DNA of 63,995 nucleotides, the filler included, from Alloascoidea hylecoeti (taxonomy: Eukaryota): NCBI GenBank assembly GCA_001600815.1. It is 8 parts of 7 records of this genome, joined end to end, with 100 filler letters (N's around TTAATTAATTAA, not from the genome) between each part and the next. Parts side by side here need not be neighbours in the genome. Positions count along the whole stretch, not along the records: positions 1 to 21,965 come from BCKZ01000050.1; positions 22,066 to 27,006 come from BCKZ01000051.1; 6 more parts are not named here. One strand, written 5' to 3'. The notes beneath the pieces are model-generated. The model ran no database searches, had not been told where the DNA came from, and saw only the letters and a list, made by a program, of their open reading frames with translations. The translations under genes were made by a program, and so were the position numbers. Of the stretch, positions 11,852-24,128 are shown in pieces (position 1 is the stretch's first letter; each line of letters starts with the position of its first letter).

Positions 11852-12880
11852 TTAATATCTCTTTTTATATTTATTTTTATTCCTTCCTAAATTCCAATTA
11901 TTAATCAATTCAACTTTTGAATTAATATTTAATGATTCATCAACACTTCTTAATTTCCCAGTATAAGCCAAAGCATCAGATATAAATTTCCATCTTAATG
12001 AACCACCTTCAACATCTTCATTATTACTATTAATATTAATAGTTTGACATAATTTTTCATCTCTTTCATTAAAAGAAATTCTAATTTTTGATTTTATTCT
12101 AAATGTTGTAATTAATCTATAAATCCAACCAATAAAAGATTCAGGTAATGGAGTTGTTAAATCACCAGGAATATATTTTAAAATAATTGTTGTTAATAAT
12201 GGTTTATATAAATTATTATTAAATGTCGTAATTGATGATGATATATTAAAAGGTAATAATGATCTACCATTTGATGTAATACCTTCTGGGAAAATTAATA
12301 ATGGTCTATCTTTTTTAATACTTTCTTTTAAAAATTCATTTATATTTGTTGTAGTTGTTGAAGTTGTACGAGAAGTAATTTCAGGTAAATTTGGTTTTGA
12401 TAATGATATTTTTATAATTCCAATAATTGAATGTGATGTAAATGAATTACCTGAAGTATCAGGTAATATAAAAATTGGATCAAATAATGATGTTAATACA
12501 ATTGAATCTAATGGTGATGAAAAATTAGATATAATAATATCACCACCTTTTGGTAATTTTGATGATAATTTTCCATTTTTTAATGAATTTATATTTCGTT
12601 TAAGACCATCTATTGATATTTCTAATGTAAAAATACCAGCTAAGAATGAAATTGTCCTAATCCATGATTTTTTTAAATTTGATGAAATAAAGGGGGCAAA
12701 AATTATAAAAATGAAAGTTGTTATTAAAATTAATGGAAATCTTATTAAAAATAAAATAAAATTGAAAATTGAATAGATGAATGAAAGTATGAATGGTGTT
12801 GATTGAGTTGATGATAAATTTATTGGTAAAAATGGGGAAATTCCTGTTCCTTTATCTCTCCATTGTGTGAATTTTTCCAT
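11852..12880 (-). CDS. LOA1: Lysophosphatidic acid:oleoyl-CoA acyltransferase Loa1/Vps66
   Basis: MEKFTQWRDKGTGISPFLP N-terminus, NFSSPLD, FPEGITSNGRSLLPF. Confidence 0.9.
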   Translation of the reverse strand: MEKFTQWRDKGTGISPFLPINLSSTQSTPFILSFIYSIFNFILFLIRFPLILITTFIFIIFAPFISSNLKKSWIRTISFLAGIFTLEISIDGLKRNINSLKNGKLSSKLPKGGDIIISNFSSPLDSIVLTSLFDPIFILPDTSGNSFTSHSIIGIIKISLSKPNLPEITSRTTSTTTTNINEFLKESIKKDRPLLIFPEGITSNGRSLLPFNISSSITTFNNNLYKPLLTTIILKYIPGDLTTPLPESFIGWIYRLITTFRIKSKIRISFNERDEKLCQTININSNNEDVEGGSLRWKFISDALAYTGKLRSVDESLNINSKVELINNWNLGRNKNKYKKRY

Positions 12881-13007
12881 TTTTTTTTGATGTGTAAAAA
12901 AGGATGGTGGTTTATTTTATAAATAAAATTCTAAATAATTTTCTGTATCTCTGACACAATCAAAAACAACCAATTGCGAATATAAAAAAAAAAAATATTG
13001 AAAAAAG

Positions 13008-14281
13008 ATGGCCCTTCCGTCCCCCGAAAATAATAATAAACCTTCACATACTTTTCCTCGAGTGATTGCCCGAGGTGAAAATCTTCTAGACAAATTCCCA
13101 CGGCATTCCCGTTGGTGGCAGGTTCTTTCAGATATAACTTGTTCATTTGTAACTCTCGGCTCAAAACTCGCTGTTTATTCGCTATATAACCCATCTATCG
13201 AAGGTTTGGAAAACCTCGATGATGCTTTCGAAAGAAGTATTAGAGAAGAAAGAGGATTAATAACCGTGATGAATCATACTTCCACGTAAGTTATTTTTTA
13301 TAAATAAATGATTGATTTTCCTTAATACTTAAATCTCTTTTTTTAAAGGGTAGATGATCCAGTTTTATGGGGAATATTACCGTATAAATATCAAAGAACA
13401 CAAAAAGGATTTAGATGGTGTTTAGGTGCTGAAAACATTTGTTTCAAATCAAAGTATGTTAATCTTTTCTATATTTTATATTTATATTTATATTTATATT
13501 TATATTTATAAGTTATTAATTATTTAGAGCACGAGAAACATTTTTCTCTCTTGGTCATGTTTTACCTACAAAACGTTTTGGAGCTGGTCCATTTCAACCA
13601 TCAATAGATGCAGGAATTTCTCTATTATCAAAAAAACATAATCCTGTTTGGTTACATATTTTCCCAGAAGCTTTTGTATTACAATTAAAACCTCCATTTG
13701 AATATTCAATGAGATATTATAGATGGGGTATAACAAGATTAATTTTAGAAAGTGAAAAACCTCCAATAATTGTACCAATTTTTACAAAAGGCTTAGATAA
13801 AATTATGCCTGAAGCATTACCTGATGCTGGTTTTTTTGAAGAATTTTTACCAAAAAATATGAGAGCTGAAATTGTTGTTAAAATTGGTAATGCAATTGAT
13901 GATAAAATAATATTACAAGCAAGATTAAAATGGAAAGAATTAATGGATAAATATTCAAATTTATCATCAAATTCTTCTTCAACAACATCTTTAACATCAC
14001 CTTTATTACAAGATTTTACAAAAGAATTAATGAATTCTCCAGAAGTTCAAAAATTAAGAAGTGATGTTGCTGCAATGTTAAGAAATGCTGTTTTAAATGT
14101 TCGCTCAAAACATTTAGATTTAATACCTGAAGATAAAAGATTTAGTAGTGTTGAATATTGGTCAAAATATAATAATTCAAATGGTAAAAGCGATGAAGAA
14201 GTTCAATTTATTGGTAAAAATTGGGCATCAAAAGATAGTCATTATCCAAATGAAAAAAATGAAAACGATAGTTCTTCTTAA
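13008..14281 (+). CDS. TAZ1: Tafazzin; exons 13008-13285, 13349-13453, 13528-14281
   Basis: GLITVMNHTSTVDDPVLWG, RWCLGAENICF, RFGAGPFQ, WLHIFPE and RWGITRLILE after removing introns 13286-13348 (GTAAGT..AAG) and 13454-13527 (GTATGT..TAG). Confidence 0.92.
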
Positions 14282-14435
14282 TTATAAAGTAAATAGAGTT
14301 ATTAACAGTATGAAATGTGATCAATCATATTGTTTAAAACATAAACAAACAAAATGTAAATAAACATATGTCTATCTAAATATATAAATATAAAAACAAG
14401 TGGTAGACATTATAATTATAAAATAAAATAAAAAC

Positions 14436-14969
14436 ATGAGTTTTAAAAATACTCCACAAAAAGACAGCCAAACAACTAGTACTTCTGGATCAACCTTTAG
14501 TCCCCGTGTTGTTAGGGCGTTCCCATCTAGGATCAAACCTCCTTCTGTTTATAATCAAAGGGGACATTCCACTTCTTCTCATCAACCACCATTTCTTTTA
14601 ATAGATCGTTTTCTTGTTAAAAGATTTTTTAAACCTGATATTGGTGTGATCAATAATATCAATACTGATAACCGAAGCATGACACTTGCAACTCCATTAG
14701 ATATCAACAACAACGTTAATTTTAACGAGCTCGAGAATGTTAATGTTTCTAAAACTTATGAAGAAAGAATTAAACAAATTGAAGATAATCATTTAAATTT
14801 ATTAAACACTTTACAAGATCAAGATAAAAATAATGATATAGTTATTAATGATTTAAAAAAAAAATCTATTAATATTGAAAATTCAAATTTAAAATTTACA
14901 AATAATCAAATTGAAGAAGAAATTAATAAATTAGAAAATGAATTAAAATCAATATCAATAATTTTATCA

Positions 14970-15025
<56 letters not shown>

Positions 15026-16799
15026 GCTTGAGAATATTAATGATATTCAAATGTTTTCAAATATCGATGATGATATTGATGATGTTAATTATATTTCAGA
15101 ATCAACACCAACATCACTTGAAGAAACTGAATTAAAGATGAAATTCAAAATTCAAAATTCAAAACAAATTCATTTACAAAGAAAAAAATCAATAATAAAT
15201 GAAAAATCATCAACAGAAATAAATTTTATAAATAAATTAAAGGAAAAAATAATAATTTTAGAAAATCAATTAAATAATTCAAAAGAAATTTTATCAAAAC
15301 AATTACTTCAATTAAATTTTAAAAATGATTTAAAATTAAAAAATTTCCAAAAAAATTATAAATTAAATGAAAATGAATATCAATCAACAATTACAAATTT
15401 AGAAAATGATATTTTATTATCAAATAATCAATATGAAAATTTAAATAAAAAAGTTCAATTACAATTGAAAAATAATGAATTAATTGAAAAAAAATTATTA
15501 AATAAAGATATTGATTTAAAAAATTTAAGTTCTGAATTAAATGATTTATCAGAAACTAAATTAAATTTAGAAAATAAATTAATTAATCAAGAAAAAGATA
15601 TAATTGAAATGAATAAATTAATAATTAATAATAAAATTAATATAGATTTAATTTCAAAAAATTTATTAAAAGAAGAATCAAAAAGACGTTTATTACATAA
15701 TAAAGTTCAAGAATTAAAAGGAAATATTAGAGTATTTTGTCGTTTAAGACCACCATCAATTGAAGAAACTAAAACAGGTATTGCAAAAGTTTCATTTCCT
15801 GATGAAGATGAAGAAAGTCAAGAAATTATATTTTCTCAAGAAAAAAAATCAATTTCATCAAATTCAAATACAAATCAAAAAGATTTAAAATTATATCCTT
15901 TTACATTTGATAAAATATTTCAAATGAATTCAACAAATGAAGAAATTTTTGAAGAAATTTCTCAATTAGTTCAAAGTGCTTTAGATGGTTATAATGTTTG
16001 TATTTTTGCTTATGGACAAACAGGTTCTGGTAAAACTTTTACAATGTCTTCAAATGATGGTATGATTCCAAGAGCTGTTAATCAAATTTTTAATTCTTCA
16101 TTATTATTAAAAGAAAAAGGTTGGGAATATAAATTATTTGGTCAATTTTTAGAAATTTATAATGAAAATATAAATGATTTATTATCATCAAATTCAAATT
16201 CAAATAATGAACCAAAATATGAAATAAGACATGATATTCAAAATCAAAAAACAACAATTACTGATTTAACAAGTGTTGAATTAAAATCTCCAAATCATGT
16301 TAATTTAATTTTAGAAAAAGCATCAAATAATAGAAGTGTTGCAGCAACAAAAGCAAATGAAAGATCATCAAGATCTCATAGTGTTTTTATATTAAATTTA
16401 AAAGGTTATAATAATATAACAAAAGAATCTTGTGAAGGTAAATTAAATTTAATTGATTTAGCAGGTTCTGAAAGATTATCACATTCTCAAGCAACTGGTA
16501 ATAGATTAAAAGAAACTCAAGCAATTAATAAAAGTTTAAGTTGTTTAGGTGATGTTATACATGCTCTTGGATCAAAAAGTCCAAGTACAAATAATACAAA
16601 TAATAAAATTCATATACCTTATAGAAATTCAAAATTAACTTATTTATTACAATATTCTTTAGGTGGGAATTCAAAAACTTTAATGTTTGTTAATATATCT
16701 CCTTGTAAAGAACATTTAAATGAGACTTTAAATTCTTTAAGATTTGCAACAAAGGTTAATAATACTCAAATTGGAACTGCTAAAAAGAATAATACTTAA
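14436..16799 (+). CDS. KAR3: Kinesin-14 Kar3 (start may be the downstream ATG at ~14679)
   Basis: Coiled coil then C-terminal motor: [36 protein letters not shown]; poly-Asn tract. Confidence 0.93.
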
Positions 16800-16907
16800 A
16801 CTATTATCATTATAAATATATATATTAAAAATAGCACATACATTTTACTTCTTCTTACATAGTTATATTTAATTTAGAAACATTTTAATATTCATTTTTC
16901 ATACGTG

Positions 16908-16967
16908 TTACCCGGATACTATGGAGAGAAAAAAGAAATTTAAAATTTAAAGTGAAATAATTTTTCA
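16908..16967. promoter_or_regulatory. Reb1-like and RRPE-like sites upstream of RRP15
   Basis: TTACCCGG 16908-16915; TGAAATAATTTTTCA 16953-16967. Confidence 0.5.
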
Positions 16968-16994
16968 ATCATACTATAGTAGCAAAATAAAAAG

Positions 16995-17852
16995 ATGGCA
17001 ATAAGGACAAATATAAAGAAAAGAAAAGTATCTCAAGGGAAAAAATCAATATCAACTAAAGATACTATAGAATCAAGGAATAGTAGTGATGTTGAAAGTA
17101 AGGATGAAAATAAAAATAAAAAGATAAAGGATGTTAAACCATCATCAGGTATGTTACTATTTTATATATTGTGTTTTATTTGTTTTTAATATATATTGGT
17201 TATTAATTATTGATTATTAGGATGGACCATGGATTCTGATTCCAGTGAAGAGGAGAAAGATGATGAAAAAGATGATGAAAGTGAAAATGATAATCATAGT
17301 AGTGATGAGGATGATGATGATGAGTTTAACAACGTAAAAGATGATGATGATGATGATGATGATGACGAAGGCAATCAATCTATACCTAAAAAACGAAAAC
17401 AACAACAAGTATTTGGAACAGAATCATTTTCAAAAGCTGTTACTGCAATTTTATCATCAAAAATTAAATCATATGATAGAGCTGATCCAATTTTGATTCG
17501 TTCTAAAAAAATTTCAAAAGAATTAGAATCAAATAAATTAGAACAAAAGGCAAAAAAAGCAATTTCATTAGAAAAGAAGAAAGATTTAGATAAAAATAGA
17601 ATTAAAAATCTTTTACCAAATACAGATGATTCATTAAAAATAAGACAAATTTTAGAACACGAAAGAAAATTAAGACAAATTGCAAAAAGTGGTGTTGTTG
17701 GTTTATTTAATCAAGTTTTAAATGCTCAAACTAATTCTAATAATGATGTTGAAAAGAAGAAAAATATAACTATTCCAAAAAAGGAATTAATGACGGAAAT
17801 GTCAAAGGAATCATTCTTAGATTTGATAAAATCTTCTGCAAAGTCAGAATAA
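16995..17852 (+). CDS. RRP15: Ribosome biogenesis protein Rrp15; exon 1 16995-17148, intron 17149-17220, exon 2 17221-17852
   Basis: Acidic N-terminus, DPILIRSK, ERKLRQIAKSGVVGLFN, EMSKESFLDLIK; a 72-nt GTATGT..TAG intron keeps the frame. Confidence 0.88.
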
Positions 17853-18479
17853 TTAAAAATAACTATAATCTTTTAAAAATTTATTGATTGTACTTTTATC
17901 GATAGTTATAATTAGCTACAGTTTGCATTATCAACCCTATTAATGGTATCAGAAATCAGATTTAATCGGTTGCAAATAAAAGGTGATTCTCTATATTGAT
18001 TTATCATATTATATTACCCGAAATGGACTATAACTTATGTAAAGAGTAATGATAATAAATATTAATATCAATATGCTATAACAGAGTATTTTTTTTTTTA
18101 CGAATTGAAAATTTAGCAACAAATATAATTTATTACAAAAAGTATTAATATAACCTACTTAATGTGATAATATAAGTTCAATATTTTATTTTTGTAATTT
18201 TTGTTGTGGTGAGAGCTTTCTTCTACGACGCAGTGTAATGATCTCAACAGGCCCAAGCTTAAAGTGCTATTTTTCACCATCCTATTATTAGCTATAAAGT
18301 GTCATATGAGCATAATATGATGCTTATAAAGTAGTCTCGTCTGTATGCCTTCTTTCTGTAGTGAGATGTAAAAAATTCATGAAGAGAATCTATAAATTTT
18401 GTCCCCATCACTACAAAACACTAAATGTTCCCCAAGTTACCGTAACTCAAAAGTTTTACTTTGTTTAGCTCCACTAGCA

Positions 18480-19260
18480 ACTCAATGGGCATGTTCGGGG
18501 ATTCTAGAGAATTGGAGGGTTAATAAGAGCAATCAGATGTAGAGGCCCAAACTAGCCAGTAGCGCATATAGTTTCCAACAAATTTGGTATTTCAAAACTG
18601 GGAATTATTCACAAAAAGTATGAATATAAAATTGTTTACTGAAATTAAGGATAAAGAATCAAGTTCAGAGGTGAGTTCGGAGTTCTTTTGTTTTATAATA
18701 ATGACTATAAAACGATATTTAAGGTAAAGTATACTGTTTCATCATTAGATGTTTCATATTTTGGACCATTAAAGAAGGGGATAAAAAGTATTTACGATGA
18801 GAAGCTTATAGTAAATCTCATAAACCGCCCGTCACAAGAATTCGATTTCGTTAAAATATATTGGAAGGCAAGCTCTGAAGCCACAATTCCTATCCGTTTG
18901 AGCTTTGCAATTTTCCCGTTTAACCCTCAGAATATTTTATCGAAATCTGAAGATGTTTAGGTAGGCAAAAACAAGGAAAAGGTAACCAAATATAAAATAT
19001 AAAAGAAATCTATTTTATATAACTAAGGTTCAACCTGTTGAAGTATGCTGAGTTCATAAGCTTACAAAGTCTGGTTGGCAAAGTTAGAAATACATAAGAT
19101 GTTTCCATGATGAATCAAACATCTTCAAGTAGAGTAGCAACAACTATTATCTTAATTTTACATCACAGTACACCAAGATTCCTTAACAACTACATGTATT
19201 AATGGATTAAGACTTGTGAACGAGGGAAAGCTCTATGAGTATAAAACTAATTGATTTTGA
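18480..19260 (+). pseudogene. Highly decayed pogo/Fot1-type DDE transposase remnant
   Basis: SLDVSYFGPLKK resembles the QPLDVxxFxPLK motif of DDE_1 transposases; many stops; limits approximate. Confidence 0.55.
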
Positions 19261-19599
19261 ACTTGCTAAATAAAAGAAAAACATACGTAATTATAGTGGG
19301 ACAATATAATTAATATGGCAAAGATGATATCTCATTTTTAATTCTTTTTCAATTCTTTTTCAATTTTCTTCATAACCATCCCATAAACAAGCCAATCTTG
19401 TATCTTATTTTCCTAAATATAGAAAGCAAGATTATGAAGCTCCCTCGATGGGATGACGTTGGGGCTATTCTTAACCAAAACACATCTTATAAAAATATAT
19501 TGTTCTCTTAACAACAACTTCATCTTACCCTGATTATTGGTAAATCCGTCATATCTTCAGTAAATTCATGAATACAGATTCTATTATTCATTATTTCAA

Positions 19600-19880
19600 A
19601 ACCTGCTCTCGAATCTAAAAACTTATCATTTTTAGAATCATTGCCAGTAAGCGCCATAAAAATACTTTCTGTATCTTTATATTCTGAATCTTTCTTATTA
19701 TTTTCTTCTTCTGCTTTCTTAATTGGGAAATTCTAATAAATATGATCTACTGAGTTACATTTGTAGCACTTTCCTTGCTCTTTCCTTTGATTATATTTTC
19801 CTCGATTGTTTTTATAACCTTCACTATTAGCAAATCCGCCTCCTCGTCCACGGTTTGAATTAGGATTAGGTTGTGTGTTT
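19600..19880 (-). pseudogene. Retrotransposon gag zinc-knuckle remnant
   Basis: The minus strand reads RG-rich segment then KEQGKCYKCNSVDHIY* (broken CCHC). Confidence 0.5.
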
Positions 19881-19884
19881 ATCT

Positions 19885-21965
19885 CACCAATCAATCGCAA
19901 TTTTGGTTTCATATTTTAATCAGAAACATTAATTGAATCATATCAAAAAAAATTAACAAAATTAAGATTAGAAACAGGTGAAATTGATGCATCGAATTCA
20001 AAACTTTTAACGGAAATCTCAATAAATTCTAAAAACTTATCATCAATCATCATCATCAAAAAAAATTGATAATCAATTAGAAGTTAATAATTTACATAAA
20101 CAATTAAATGAAGTTGAAAAAAAATCAAAAAGAGAACGAATTTTATTAGAAAACCAATTAAATGATTTTAATAAAAGATGGAAAACAAATATTAAACATC
20201 GTAATAGACCGAGAATTGTATCTCGTGNATCTTTACAGTCAACAAATTCAATTTCAACTTTTAATTCAAGATTTGGCCCTGATTATTATGAATCAAAATT
20301 AGAAGATTCTGAATTAAAATGTCAAGAAATTGCTTCACAATTACAAGATTTATTAATTCAATCAGAACAAGCAAATAAAGCAAACAATTCTATCACTAAT
20401 AACAATGGTAATGGTGATGGGGAAAATTCTTTAGAATCTGCACATCGTGATTTAATCGAAGTATATCAAGAAGTTTCTCGCAATTTATAAAAAAAGTTTA
20501 ATGTATAAAATTACTTTCTATAATAAATATATGAAATTTTTATATAGATTTAGGGTAGATTTAAATGTTAAAATAGAAAACGTAGTGTTATGGTTATATA
20601 ATGATAAAAGATTATTTAATTATACGGTAAAGTACACGAAATTATCTTCAAACGATATGGTGTTAGTTGTCTAAATAATAAACGGTTTTATTCTACTTCA
20701 AGTAGGATTGAAAGAGCAAGAGAATATAAAGAACCATCAGGGCTTATACCTAAAAATATAATAAATGTTTATTTCGATTTAGAAGGTATAAATCTAGATA
20801 ATTTATATAATAATATAGGTAAAGACGGATATTAAAATAAGGGAATAAGTATGCATTTTTAATAAAGATTAAAAGAGGTGATGGTGGTATAGGGATGGGT
20901 CATACACATACTACTTTTTATTATAATAGCCCATTAGATTTTGAAGAAAAGTTTAACACTTTTTATTTAGAAGTAAAAAAAATTATAGAAGAATTTATTA
21001 AAGAATATAATGATTGTGAAGTATTGTATATACAATTTATGTATATAACGATTAAATCATTTCCTGATCTAGAGATAAAAAATATCAATAATTTAAAATT
21101 AAATAAAGCAATGTTAAATATTAGAGATTTAACCCTTAACCAACTTTTATTATTATGGTGAAAAATTATATAAAACAACAAATAAATTAGGTTATATAGA
21201 AACAGTTATGATATGAGGATCTAATTTTATAGATTTGATTAAAGATAAAAGTCATTTGGTAAATTAAAAAGTAAATGAATCATATGATGTTGATTTTTAT
21301 TTGTACACGAATAAACAAGGTAATAATTATGTTATAGTAGTTAAAATCTTAGATGATAAAACACATATTAAAGAAGTCATAACTATGAATGGGTTGTCTC
21401 TAACTTTAGCTTATGATGGTATAATAATCAAAGACAGAATTTAAACGTAAAATTGGAAGAACTAGTTTATATATAAAAAATAATGAAGTGACTATTAACA
21501 GAAGAATTAGATAAAGAAAGAAAAGAGTATTTTAAATTACAATCATCTACAAGAGAAAAATCAAGATTATTAGCATCAATTTCGGATTTAAAATTATCAA
21601 AAGAACATGAAACAAAAAGAAGAGAAGAAGCAGATAGAAAAATGGTTACATTGTTTTCACAAGTTCGTAATTTAAAAACATCAATGAATGATTTAATTAA
21701 TGAATGTAATAAATTAAAAAAAGATAAAAAAGTTTTAGAAGATCGGGTATTTGAAATGACAAATGATTTAGAAGATTTATTCACAACTTCACCAAATGGT
21801 ATTAAAACGCCAAGAAGAAAATCAATTGATTTAAATAGTTTAACTGATGCATTGGAATATCAAAAGAAAGAAACTGCTGAAATTCAATTACAACTTGAAA
21901 ACTTGCAATCTTTACATTCTGATATTTCAAGTACTGCAGATTCAGAAAGATTAATTAATGATCAA
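19885..21965 (+). pseudogene. Frameshifted fragment of a nuclear coiled-coil protein gene (possibly myosin II tail), split by an insertion at ~20487-21480
   Basis: Host-like codon usage and heptad-rich frames on both sides of the insert (..AHRDLIEVYQEVSRNL | ..LTEELDKERKEYFKLQ..); identity not certain. Confidence 0.5.
20487..21480 (+). pseudogene. NUMT-like insert resembling the N-terminal part of a mitochondrial linear-plasmid DNA polymerase (dpoB)
   Basis: ATA/TTA-rich mitochondrial-style codons, KRFYSTSS and FKRKIG segments, TATAAAAAA at both junctions. Confidence 0.45.
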
Positions 21966-22065
21966 NNNNNNNNNNNNNNNNNNNNNNNNNNNNNNNNNNN
22001 NNNNNNNNNTTAATTAATTAANNNNNNNNNNNNNNNNNNNNNNNNNNNNNNNNNNNNNNNNNNNN
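21966..22065. other. Artificial contig linker (also 27007-27106, 34024-34123, 41187-41286, 50532-50631, 57471-57570, 62620-62719)
   Basis: N44-TTAATTAATTAA-N44, with stops in all six frames, repeated identically seven times. Confidence 0.99.
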
Positions 22066-22329
22066 CGGAGTTGGGACGATGCAGACGCATCCGCGCCGCT
22101 ACCATTTTGTTCCTTCTCCTCCTTGAGCTTCACAAACTCTTGCATAGTTTCATTTAATTGCTTAATATAAAGTTCTAAGCTCATTGTGGTGTCAGCGATT
22201 TTAAAGTGTTATAGGAAAATTATTGCTCTATTCTCAGTTATCTTATTATAAGTGGAAATCATCTACTCTATATATATGTAATTTATTTTACCCCTCAAAA
22301 ATAATGTAGATCTTCTAGTCAACCCAATA
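22066..22329 (-). mobile_element. 5' LTR of family A (22329-22105) plus PBS TGGTAGCGGCGC (22104-22093) and start of a GC-rich internal region
   Basis: 225-bp LTR TATTGGG...GGAACAAAA directly followed by TGGTAGCGGCGC and a GATGC-GTCT-GCATC hairpin; cut by the contig end. Confidence 0.85.
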
Positions 22330-23686
22330 GTTTCAAACGACTACTTTGAAAAGGATTATTTAAAATTGCTAACACAGCCTTATTATCGACAAAACATTGA
22401 ATTGGATAAGGAATTCGAATGTTTAAATTGTTTAGAATAATACCAATCCATAAAATTCTTTTTAAGGCTTCACTAAAACTAACTAGTTCCGCTTCAGCAG
22501 TTGAAGTAGTATTAATATGTTGTAATTTACTTGACCAGTCTAATAAACCGCCTGCACAATAAATTGACATTCCACTTGTAGATTTGTAAGTTTCTTTGTC
22601 GTTGGCAAAATCTGCGTCAGTGAACACTTTGGGTGGATTTTCTATTGAGAACTTATCAGATCAAAATACCATTCCCAGATCTGATGAGTTGTATAGGTAT
22701 CTTATTAATTTCTGGACCATTTTAAGATGTACTGTAGTCGGATGGTTGCTATAACGGGCTACTTTATTAACACCAAAACAAACATCAGGACGGGAACTGT
22801 TTGCAATAAAAAGCAAACTACCGATCAAGCTTTTATAATGAGTTGAATTGGCAAGAATTGTTGATTCTGTATTAAAATCATTATCGTTTATAGGAATTGA
22901 TATTTTTCTCATGTTACCAACGATTCAATAGCATCTTCCTGGTTTATGGAAATACTTTGATTACCATTTTTATTTTGTTGAATAACTTTGATACATATAT
23001 GAATTTCTTTAATCCCAGGCTTCTCACTTGATATGTTGCCTTTAAAGTTAAAAAAAACTTTCAAACTGAGTTTCGTGAGGACAGATATAAAGCAGATCAT
23101 CAATATAAATCCCTATAATAGTATCATCATTCTTAGATGTAAATATACAATTTTCTCCAATTTTTGGTGTATAACCTTTAGATTTTAAATATTTGATGAT
23201 AGTTAAATGCCATTGAAGACTTACTTGTGATAAACCAAATACGTAACGATTTAATAGCCAACAATTATCTTTACCAGTGCTAAATTCTTTGGGTTCCCTT
23301 GTGACGAGTATTTCTTTATTATCAATTTTCAAATTTAAATAGGCACAATGAAAATCAATATGAAATATTTTTTGTTTTTTTTGACAGCATATAATAATAA
23401 ACAACAAAAACTTGTGGATTAAGAACAGGTGAATAATAATTGGGTTTCAAATCAATATAATTAGAATTCTTCTTTAAGGTCCCCCTTCAACACCAATCTT
23501 GACTTAAATTTAGTAACAAAATCACCTTTAATATCCTTTTTTATTGCATATACTCATAATGTATTGATGGGTTTACAATTTAATTGTTTTAATTTTTCGC
23601 TATTAATAACTTGAAAAACGTTGAGTTGCCTAAATACCTTCATTTCAGCTTCCATCGAATTTATCCAAAAATTTCTAAATGGGTTA

Positions 23687-24128
23687 TGTTGGATATATTA
23701 CACTCTTGGAACAGTTCACTAAAATGTAAAAGAACCCACGGTCCTATAGCCATGATCATGTACTTCTTATGGATTCTATTCCTAAAACGCATTTCACAGT
23801 CTTGAACTAGCTCATCTCAAGATATATACATTTGTATTTAAATTTCATTCTTACCGCACATTTAATATCTTATTATTTCATTACTTCTAGGACTTTCTAT
23901 ATTAATAGCCTTTGGAATTTAGCTATATAAAGATAAGATAAATCCCACTTTTAAATAAAACTAAGCTAGTTTTAATACACTTTTGATCGTGATCTTAATA
24001 AGCCGAGTATCTGTTGCTTCAGATACTTAAGTAAGCTTAAGTACGAACCCGTTCCAACGCTTACTTTACATAAAGAGTCGATTGGCTTTTTGGCGCAACT
24101 GGGAGAACAGGCACTTTGAACTTTAACA
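23687..24128 (+). mobile_element. Solo LTR family C interrupted by solo LTR family F
   Basis: tgttggatatattacactcttggaacagttcactaaa[insert]taaagagtcg...ttaaca with TSD GGTTA (23682-23686, 24129-24133). Confidence 0.88.
23725..24070. mobile_element. Solo LTR family F (346 bp)
   Basis: TGTAAA...TTTACA inverted termini; TSD TAAAA/TAAAG (one mismatch); splits a family-C LTR cleanly. Confidence 0.8.

Noticed and set aside
21966..22065. Recurrent TTAATTAATTAA between N runs as a biological repeat
   Set aside because: Fixed 100-nt artificial linker; adjacency across it is not evidence of genomic linkage.
24071..24128. Captured minus-strand strong-stop (R-U5) fragment
   Set aside because: The missing U3 part is present at 23687-23724, displaced by the LTR F insertion.
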